Source of the DNA: Patescibacteria group bacterium
GTDB lineage: Bacteria > Patescibacteriota > Minisyncoccia > UBA6257 > Colwellbacteraceae
Length of the DNA stretch: 64,000 nt
Assembly (NCBI GenBank): GCA_023380305.1
Contig: JAMCQZ010000008.1
Span: forward strand, 5,588 to 69,587
Direction of reading: 5' to 3'
A program made the translations under genes and the position numbers. Below the pieces are notes generated by a model that ran no database searches, was not told the origin of the DNA, and worked only from the letters and a program-made list of their open reading frames with translations. Shown here piece after piece: positions 57,112-64,000 of the stretch. The stretch's first letter is position 1. Each line of letters begins with the position of its first letter.

Positions 57112-57155
57112 AAGACGCTCTACCTCCGCCGGCTGGCGGAGAGCTTGTGTCGGAA
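57112..57155 (-). repeat. Partial duplicate of tRNA-Asn 5' half with an inserted palindromic hairpin
   Basis: Plus strand aagacgctctacc-TCCGCCGGCTGGCGGA-gagcttgtgtcgga versus tRNA gagacgctctacc-gtt-gagctatgtcgga. Begins 2 nt beyond the GIY-YIG #2 start codon. Confidence 0.55.
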
Positions 57156-57240
57156 AATCAATTTTTAAGCCCTTATCTTAAAGATAAGCGATTCTATATT
57201 AGCCAATCGAACGGTTTTTTTCAAGGGCGAGAAATGAGCG

Positions 57241-57276
57241 CATATTCAAGAAAACCGCCTTTTATCAGGCGGTTTT
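57241..57276 (-). terminator. Rho-independent terminator after DEAD-box helicase gene
   Basis: aaaaccgcct-tttatc-aggcggtttt perfect 10-bp stem; U-tract on the minus strand. Confidence 0.55.
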
Positions 57277-57283
57277 CGCGTTA

Positions 57284-58597
57284 TTATCTCATTTCTCCGC
57301 CGACAAAGGTCAGGGCAACGCCTTTTTTGTAGGCACGGCCGGTTCGACCAATGCGATGGATATAATCCTCGTAAGTCGCCGGCAAATCGTAATTAATAAC
57401 ATGGCTCACATCCGGAATATCCAATCCCCTGGCGGCGACATCGGTCGCAACCAAAATATCGATTTCTTCCGCCTTAAAAAGCCTCAAGGCTCTTTCTCTT
57501 TGGGATTGGCTCTTGTCTCCATGAATCGAAGACGCTCTAAAACCGCGTTCGGCCAAGATCTTTGAAAGCTTCTCCACTCCCCATTTAGTCTTTCCAAAAA
57601 TTAAAACTTTCTTGAAGTCATCTTTAATCAAAAGATCATGCAAGACGTCAATCTTATTCTGACCGACGCTAAGCTTTACAACATCCTGGTCGACGTTCGA
57701 TGAAGTATCCCTAATCTTAGTGGCAATTCTCACCGGATCGCGCAAAAAGTTAGATGATAACTTTTCCACTTCTTTAGAAAAAGTCGCGGAAAAGAAAAGG
57801 GTCTGCCTATCGGGGGTAATATTCCCAAGCAACAATTTAATATCGTTGATAAAACCCATATCAAGCATCCTGTCGGCTTCGTCCAAGACGACGTTGTTTA
57901 TCTGGCTTAATTTAAGGCTGCCCCTATTAAGAAGGTCTTTCAATCTTCCGGGAGTGCCGATAACAAAATCATATCCTCTTTTAAGTTGAGACACTTGGCT
58001 CCTGATATTCGCCCCGCCGATAGCCAAAACCGAATAGACTCTTAGTCCTTTTGTAAGTTCGGACAACTCGACGTTGATCTGCTCAGCCAACTCTCTTGTC
58101 GGAGCGACGATCAAGATTCTTTCGTTCTTATTCTTCAGGACTTTATTGATAAGCGGAATCAAAAAGGCGGCGGTTTTACCCGTGCCAGTATCAGCCAAAC
58201 CGATGATGTCCTTGCCGTTAATAATCTCCGGAATGGCCTGATCCTGGATGGCGGTCGGCTTATCAAAGCCTTTGTTTAAAATATTGGCTTTCAAGCGGCT
58301 GTCGATCTCAAAATCGGAAAAGCTGTAAACCGCGGCGTATTGCTTAATTGTGTTGTTCTCCGTCGCTTTATTGATGAATTTCGCTTCGTCGATCCTCTCA
58401 CTTCTTTTCGACACCCCGCGCCGAGGCCCTGTCGAATGACGAAACAAAACGTTTCGGTTAGTCCGACCGGCAAAGCCATGTCGGTTGCCGGACGACCGGC
58501 TTCCAGTCCGAGTCGAGGCTACGGATTTGGAAAATCCGCCGGAATTAGACCGTCTGGTATTGCCTCCAAATCTCCTTGTGCTTCTTGTGTTATACAT
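57284..58597 (-). CDS. DEAD-box ATP-dependent RNA helicase with Arg/Gly/Ser-rich N-terminal tail
   Basis: Q motif and GLADTGTGKT (motif I), PTRELA, VLDEADRML (DEAD), SAT, HRIGRTGRA. 437 aa. Confidence 0.9.
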   Translation of the reverse strand: MYNTRSTRRFGGNTRRSNSGGFSKSVASTRTGSRSSGNRHGFAGRTNRNVLFRHSTGPRRGVSKRSERIDEAKFINKATENNTIKQYAAVYSFSDFEIDSRLKANILNKGFDKPTAIQDQAIPEIINGKDIIGLADTGTGKTAAFLIPLINKVLKNKNERILIVAPTRELAEQINVELSELTKGLRVYSVLAIGGANIRSQVSQLKRGYDFVIGTPGRLKDLLNRGSLKLSQINNVVLDEADRMLDMGFINDIKLLLGNITPDRQTLFFSATFSKEVEKLSSNFLRDPVRIATKIRDTSSNVDQDVVKLSVGQNKIDVLHDLLIKDDFKKVLIFGKTKWGVEKLSKILAERGFRASSIHGDKSQSQRERALRLFKAEEIDILVATDVAARGLDIPDVSHVINYDLPATYEDYIHRIGRTGRAYKKGVALTFVGGEMR

Positions 58598-58761
58598 TGT
58601 GTTTTAGAAAATAAAAAAGCCCCAGAAACGCCGTTTGCGCCTAATGGAGCTCAATAACGATGTTCGGAGTAGTTATTCTACTTATAATTTAATATACCAC
58701 GAAGGCCCGAAATAGTCAAGAGAAACAGCAGGCTGACGCTCTGGCGCCCAGATTGAATTCT

Positions 58762-59457
58762 CTACCCTCTCACCTCGCAAATCTCGAAATAGCCTTTGAT
58801 TTTCTCGCGGATTTCTTCCAGTTCTGGCTTTTTCAAAACAGATTTTTTGTCGTATTCAAAACCCGAAACCTTTTTCCCCTGGAACGGCTGGAGATAATAG
58901 CGCTTGGCTCCCCTAATCATTTCGGCGATTTCTAAAATATCTTCCTCGAGAACCAACCCGGGGACAACGGTCGTTCGAAACTCGTAATCGGGCAAAGTCC
59001 TCACAATCTCGATGCTTTTTTTGATTTTCATGAAATCCGCGGCCGAGCCGACTGTCATTTCGTATTTCTCCAGCCGATTTTTGACATCCATAGCGATATA
59101 GTCGACCAGCCCTTCGGAAATCATCTTCGCGAGCACTTCGGGATGCAGGCCGTTCGAATCGATCTTCAAGGCGAAACCCATTTCTTTGACGCGGCGACTG
59201 AAATCGATCAAATCCGGCTGGATGGTCGGCTCGCCGCCGGTGATACAAACTCCCTGAAGCAAACCCTTTCTTGACTCCAAGAAACGCAGAATCTCGAAGG
59301 GCGCGATCACCGGCTGACTTGAAATCAAAGCCGGGGAAGAAAGCTCCGGATTGTGGCACCAAGAACACCTGAAATCGCACCCGAGGGTGAAAAGGACGCA
59401 GGCGATCTTTCCCGGATAATCGACTAAAGTCGTTTTTTGGATGCCGCCGAAAAGCAT
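58762..59457 (-). CDS. nrdG: Anaerobic ribonucleoside-triphosphate reductase activating protein (radical SAM)
   Basis: CDFRCSWCHNPE (Cx3Cx2C) near the N-terminus, about 230 aa, directly downstream of nrdD. Confidence 0.85.
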   Translation of the reverse strand: MLFGGIQKTTLVDYPGKIACVLFTLGCDFRCSWCHNPELSSPALISSQPVIAPFEILRFLESRKGLLQGVCITGGEPTIQPDLIDFSRRVKEMGFALKIDSNGLHPEVLAKMISEGLVDYIAMDVKNRLEKYEMTVGSAADFMKIKKSIEIVRTLPDYEFRTTVVPGLVLEEDILEIAEMIRGAKRYYLQPFQGKKVSGFEYDKKSVLKKPELEEIREKIKGYFEICEVRG

Positions 59458-59469
59458 GGTTTAGCTACA

Positions 59470-59507
59470 GCTTATCAAAAAGGCCCGGCTGGCGAAAGCC
59501 AGCCGGG
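59470..59507 (-). terminator. Rho-independent terminator between nrdD and nrdG
   Basis: cccggctggc-gaaa-gccagccggg hairpin; on the minus strand followed by CCTTTTTGATAAG. Confidence 0.6.
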
Positions 59508-59531
59508 AAAGGAAAAAAACGAAGATAAATG

Positions 59532-61649
59532 CTATTTCGCTTTGACGTTAAACATCTTCCTTTCATTAAACTCCTCGCGCTTGCCCTTGTTCCACTGCTG
59601 GATCGGCCGCAGGAAACCGACGACCCGCGAATAGACTTCGCAGGTTTGCTCGGTCTTGCAAAGAGGACAGACCGGGTGGCTCCCCGATAGATAGCCGTGG
59701 GACGGACAAACGGAAAAAGTGGGCGTCAAGGTGAAATACGGCAGCCGGAATTTCTCGAAAACGGTTTTGATGGTCGATTTTACCGCTTCGCTGTTCGGCA
59801 GGGCCTCGCCGAGGAAAGCGTGGAAGACCGTGCCGCCGGTATATTTGGTCTGCAGACTGTCCTGGAGCCCGACGGCTTCGAAAATGTCATCTGTGTAATT
59901 CACCGGCAATTGGGTAGAATTCGTGTAATAAGGGTCCTTTGTTCCGGCGGTGATAATGTCCGAATATTCCTTCTTATCCTTCAACGGAAGCCTGTAGGAA
60001 GTGCCCTCTCCCGGAGTGGCCTCGAGATTGTAGAGATTGCCCGTTTCTTCCTGATAGGTAGCCAGCCTCTCGCGCATGAAGTCGAGGACCTCCTCGGCGA
60101 ACTTGATGCCTTTTTTGTCAGCGATGTTCACGCCCAAGAAATTCAAAAGCGACTCGTTCATGCCGATGAGCCCGATCGTTGAAAAGTGGTTGGCCCAATA
60201 AGAATCCCGCACCTTTTTCGCCTCGCTCAAATAATACCGCGAATACGGATAGAGCCCCTTTTCGATCAAATCCTCCAAGACCTTCCTCTTCGTCTCCAGG
60301 CTGGTCTTCGAAATTTCCATGATCTTACCGAGCCTGTCGAAAAATTCTTTTTTGGTCTTTGAAAGATAGCCAATCCGCGGCATGTTGATGGTAACGACGC
60401 CGATCGATCCGGTAAGCGGGTTAGCGCCGAAAAGCCCTCCTCCCCGCTTGTAAAGCTCGCGGTTATCCAGCCGCAGACGGCAGCACATCGAACGCGCGTC
60501 CTCCGGTTTCATGTCGGAATTGATGAAATTGGAAAAATAGGGAATGCCGTATTTGGCGGTCATCTGCCAGACGCCCTCATAATTGGGATTGTCCCAATCG
60601 AAATTCTTGGTGATGTTGTAGGTCGGAATCGGGAAGGTGAAAACCCGTCCGGTGGCGTCGCCTTCGACATAAACCTCGCAAAGCGCCTTGTTGAAAAGGT
60701 CCATTTCCGGCTGGAAATCGCCGTAGGTTTCATTCTTGTACTGACCGCCGATCACGATCGGCATGTCCTTCATGTGCCCGGGGACCACCAGGTCGAGTGA
60801 AATGTTCGAAAACGGCGTCTGGAACCCGACGCGGGTGGGAACGTTGCAGTTGAACAAAAATTCCTGGAGGCATTGCTTCACTTCCTTGAAGGTCAAGCCG
60901 TCGTAACGGATGAACGGCGCGAGATGGGTGTCGAAATTCGAAAACGCTTGCGCGCCGGCGGATTCTCCCTGAAGCGTGTAAAAGAAATTGACGATCTGGC
61001 CGAGCGCCGTGCGCAAATGCTTGGCCGGACGCGATTGAATTTTTCCGAAGACTCCTCCGAAACCGCGGAGCAGGACGTCTCCCGCGTCCCAGCCGCAACA
61101 ATAGGGTCCGAGGATGTCGAGATCGTGGACGTGGATATCGCCGTCGGCCACCGCTCGCCTCACCTCAATCGGATAAATTTTATTCAGCCAATATTTTTTG
61201 GTGACATGCGAAGCGACGTAGTGGTTCAAACCCTGGAGGGAAAAAGACATGTTGCTGTTTTCCTTCACTTCCCAGTCCGCTTCCTTCAAATAGCTGTCGA
61301 TGAGATCCGAGGCTTCATCGGTGGCGGTCTTCGCTTCCCTGATGGCTCTTCTCTGCTCGCGATAAAGGATGTAAGCCTTGGCGGTTTCCGTGAGATCCTC
61401 GAGCATCAAGACCTCCTCGACGATGTCCTGGATTTGCTCGACGTTCGGCGCTTCACTTTTTTTGAAACGCCGGTTTAAAATCCTCACCACTTTGTCCGCC
61501 AACTGTTTCGCGAGCTTCGTTCCTCCCTGGTCGGTCGCGGTCAAAGCCTTGTAAACGGCCTGTTCAATTCTTGTCTTGTCGAAAGGCATCATCTCCCCGT
61601 CCCTTTTCGTCACATTCAGCAGGTGGTTGCGAAACTTCTTTGGCGGCAT
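59532..61649 (-). CDS. nrdD: Anaerobic ribonucleoside-triphosphate reductase (class III)
   Basis: N-terminal ATP-cone, large catalytic barrel. C-terminal Zn-ribbon CPSHG...CPLCK and glycyl-radical region EVYSRVVGFLRPIQQWNKGKREEFNERK. Confidence 0.9.
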   Translation of the reverse strand: MPPKKFRNHLLNVTKRDGEMMPFDKTRIEQAVYKALTATDQGGTKLAKQLADKVVRILNRRFKKSEAPNVEQIQDIVEEVLMLEDLTETAKAYILYREQRRAIREAKTATDEASDLIDSYLKEADWEVKENSNMSFSLQGLNHYVASHVTKKYWLNKIYPIEVRRAVADGDIHVHDLDILGPYCCGWDAGDVLLRGFGGVFGKIQSRPAKHLRTALGQIVNFFYTLQGESAGAQAFSNFDTHLAPFIRYDGLTFKEVKQCLQEFLFNCNVPTRVGFQTPFSNISLDLVVPGHMKDMPIVIGGQYKNETYGDFQPEMDLFNKALCEVYVEGDATGRVFTFPIPTYNITKNFDWDNPNYEGVWQMTAKYGIPYFSNFINSDMKPEDARSMCCRLRLDNRELYKRGGGLFGANPLTGSIGVVTINMPRIGYLSKTKKEFFDRLGKIMEISKTSLETKRKVLEDLIEKGLYPYSRYYLSEAKKVRDSYWANHFSTIGLIGMNESLLNFLGVNIADKKGIKFAEEVLDFMRERLATYQEETGNLYNLEATPGEGTSYRLPLKDKKEYSDIITAGTKDPYYTNSTQLPVNYTDDIFEAVGLQDSLQTKYTGGTVFHAFLGEALPNSEAVKSTIKTVFEKFRLPYFTLTPTFSVCPSHGYLSGSHPVCPLCKTEQTCEVYSRVVGFLRPIQQWNKGKREEFNERKMFNVKAK

Positions 61650-61777
61650 TTTTTATTTAATTTTTATTTTTTGTTTTTGAGGACTTTTTTAGAATGTTCT
61701 TTAATTTTACCTCAAACAGAAAACCGGTCTATCGCTCCAAGGCCGGTTTTTGTGTGGATAAGTCGGAAAGATTTTTT

Positions 61778-62974
61778 CTACTTGCGTTTTTTCCTTAAAA
61801 ATGTCGGGATATCCCAGATATCCTCGTCGGTTTTGGGGGATTTGCCGATTTCAGGCTTCTCCTCCCCGGATTTTTCCTCGGGAATCTCTTTTTCGAGCTT
61901 CTTTCCCTCCCCGGATTTAGACGCCGGCTCCTCTTTAATCGAACTAAACAGGCTGAAAGTCTCCCTTTCGCGGCTCACCAGGCCGTTGAAGCCGGTGGCG
62001 ATCAAAATAATCTTCAACTGGCCCTGCTTAACCTTCCGGTCGTGATAGGCGCCAAAGATGATCCTCGCGCCGGGATCGACGTTCTCGGTTACCAGTTTGG
62101 CCGCTTCGTTGATTTCGGCCATTTTGAGGTCGGCGCCGCCGGAAACCCCGAAAAGCACGCCCTTGGCGCCGTCGATCGAAAACTCCAAAAGTGGCGAATT
62201 GATGGCCTGGGTGGCGGCTTTAATCGCCCGATCGTTGCCGGCCGCCTGGCCGACGCCGACGAAAGCCAATCCGCCGTTTCCCATAACCGCTTTGACGTCG
62301 GCAAAATCAACGTTCACGATTCCCGGAATGGAGACGATTTCCGAAATTCCCCTGACCGTGTTCCTTAATATCTCATCTATTTTAATAAACGCCTTGGTAA
62401 TCGAAGTGTCGTTACCAATAATGCTGAAAACGCGATCGTTCGGAATAACGATCAGCGAATCAACTTTGTCTTTCAATTTGGCGATGCCCTCTTCGGCGAT
62501 CCTGATTCTTTGCGAACCCTCGAAAGCGAAAGGCTTGGTAACGATGGCCACTGTGAGGATCCCCATCTCCCTCGCGATCTCGGCCACGACCGGAGTCGCT
62601 CCGGTGCCCGTGCCTCCGCCCATGCCGGCCGTCAGAAAAACCAAATCGGTGTTTTGAAGAGCCTCGGCGATGTCCGAACGATTTTCTTCGGCCGCCTGCC
62701 TTCCAAGATCCGGATTCATGCCCGTGCCCATTCCCTTGGTAAGACTGCGCCCGATATTTATCTTCTGTTTAGCCTCGCAATATTCCAAATCCTGGCTGTC
62801 GGTATTGATAGCCACAAAATCGACTCCCCTGATGAAATCCTCGTTCATCCTCGTTACGGCGTTGTTGCCGCCGCCGCCGATGCCGACCACCTTGATATGG
62901 ACGAAGACCGGATTGGTCCTCGGTTTACCCTGCCTTCTCACGCCCGTCCTCCATTTCTGCGTTTTCTTTTTCAT
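61778..62974 (-). CDS. ftsZ: Cell division protein FtsZ
   Basis: IKVVGIGGGGNNAV, GGGTGTGATPVVAEIA tubulin signature, C-terminal DIPTFLRKKRK tail peptide. Unusual basic N-terminal extension of about 20 aa. Confidence 0.9.
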   Translation of the reverse strand: MKKKTQKWRTGVRRQGKPRTNPVFVHIKVVGIGGGGNNAVTRMNEDFIRGVDFVAINTDSQDLEYCEAKQKINIGRSLTKGMGTGMNPDLGRQAAEENRSDIAEALQNTDLVFLTAGMGGGTGTGATPVVAEIAREMGILTVAIVTKPFAFEGSQRIRIAEEGIAKLKDKVDSLIVIPNDRVFSIIGNDTSITKAFIKIDEILRNTVRGISEIVSIPGIVNVDFADVKAVMGNGGLAFVGVGQAAGNDRAIKAATQAINSPLLEFSIDGAKGVLFGVSGGADLKMAEINEAAKLVTENVDPGARIIFGAYHDRKVKQGQLKIILIATGFNGLVSRERETFSLFSSIKEEPASKSGEGKKLEKEIPEEKSGEEKPEIGKSPKTDEDIWDIPTFLRKKRK

Positions 62975-64000
62975 TCCGGTAAAAGATTTTGAAATATTTT
63001 GACGATTAGGTTGCCGCTTGGCTTGGATTTTACCCTACCTTGGTCCTTGCTGCAAAGAATAAGCCCCAAAGGAACAGACCACTCCGGAAGCTCCAGATAT
63101 TCGGCCAGCTCGTTCGTCGCCAGCTCGAAATATGAAGCCTGCGGCAAACCGATCTGAGTCGAAAGTTTGAGTTCCTGGCGGGCCAGGTCGACAATACCCG
63201 GAATTTTGGCTCCACCGCCGACTAAAACTGCGCCGGCCGGCAAGCGGCCGGATTTGCCGATGAGACGAAGCTCGTTATTCACCAATTCAAACATCTCCTG
63301 GATCCGCGATTCGATAACCTCGGCGATAAACTTCCGGGACGGCGAACCGCTGACGCTCAAGTCGATTTTTTTCAAATCGATGGTGTCGCGGCTCGAAACA
63401 TCTTTCGACAAAGCGTAGCCGTACGCCAGCTTCAATTTCTCAGCCGTTTCCACCGGTATTTTCAGGGCGATCGCCAGGTCGTTTGTTATGTGTCCGGCGC
63501 CGATCGGGAAAATGGCCGTGTGCAGGATTTTATCCTCCTCGTAGACAACAAGGCTCGTTGTCCCGAAACCGATATCGATAAGAGCCACGCCGAGTTCTTT
63601 TTGGTTTTTAGTGAGAACCGATCTCGCGGCCGCCAAAGGATTGAAAACCAAACCGCTGATGCTCCCGCCGGAAATCTCCACGCACTTCTGGAGATTTTTA
63701 ATGGCCGGGGCGAAGGCGTCGATAATCATACTCGAAACCTCGAGCCTCGCGCCGATCATCCCTTCCGGATCGCGGATGTCGTTCACTCCGTCAACCACAT
63801 ATTCTTTGGTGATCGTGTGCAAAATCGTCCGGTTCTGCGGAATATTGATCGCCTGCGAGGCCTTGACCACACGCTCGATGTCGTCTTCGTGGATTTCCGA
63901 ATTGGCCCGGGCCACGGCCACGATGCCGCGGGAAACCTGGGATTTAACATCAACGCTGCCGATGTTCAAAAAAATATTCTTGACGCTCGAACGGGAAATC
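62971..64000 (-). CDS. ftsA: Cell division protein FtsA (5' end beyond window)
   Basis: Actin-like ATPase fold (IDIGFGTTSLVVYE..., LVGGGAKIPGI). Frame open to the right edge. 4-nt overlap with ftsZ start. Confidence 0.85.
   Translation of the reverse strand, partial: ISRSSVKNIFLNIGSVDVKSQVSRGIVAVARANSEIHEDDIERVVKASQAINIPQNRTILHTITKEYVVDGVNDIRDPEGMIGARLEVSSMIIDAFAPAIKNLQKCVEISGGSISGLVFNPLAAARSVLTKNQKELGVALIDIGFGTTSLVVYEEDKILHTAIFPIGAGHITNDLAIALKIPVETAEKLKLAYGYALSKDVSSRDTIDLKKIDLSVSGSPSRKFIAEVIESRIQEMFELVNNELRLIGKSGRLPAGAVLVGGGAKIPGIVDLARQELKLSTQIGLPQASYFELATNELAEYLELPEWSVPLGLILCSKDQGRVKSKPSGNLIVKIFQNLLPE

Overview
This 64 kb window looks like a compact, gene-dense bacterial chromosome segment, mostly transcribed on the minus strand. 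The standard genetic code appears to be used, and TAG, TAA and TGA all serve as stops. Lineage and lifestyle are inference only: class III anaerobic RNR (nrdDG), a DUF5667 secreted protein, cohesin/dockerin surface proteins, queH, tspO and many small DUF proteins suggest an anaerobic, possibly CPR/Patescibacteria-like organism.

Housekeeping genes I recognise: ligA, murA, gpsA, truB, tsaC, rsmE, queA-tgt, queH, trpS, a DEAD-box helicase, nrdD/nrdG, ftsZ and a partial ftsA.

Accessory content I rank highest:
- A giant cell-surface protein (signal peptide, CBM-like repeats, ten Ig-like repeats, C-terminal dockerin) is split by a single in-frame TAG, and sits next to a cohesin-domain membrane protein.
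- A two-component cluster includes stand-alone PAS proteins.
- A metal/transport island holds a CopB-type CPH P1B ATPase, a radical-SAM/SPASM enzyme beside a Cys-rich membrane protein, a frameshifted lactate permease, and three paralogous about 107-aa ORFs that were duplicated together with their 5' leader and terminator.
- A mobile/defence patch holds a decayed IS1595 transposase, a single-chain PD-(D/E)xK + N6-adenine MTase + TRD enzyme (Type IIG-like), and tRNA-Asn(GTT) sandwiched between two minimal GIY-YIG genes, each bounded by a partial copy of the tRNA.
- Several unannotated small ORFs, including a 38-aa peptide with ten cysteines followed by its own terminator.

I saw no CRISPR array and no rRNA.
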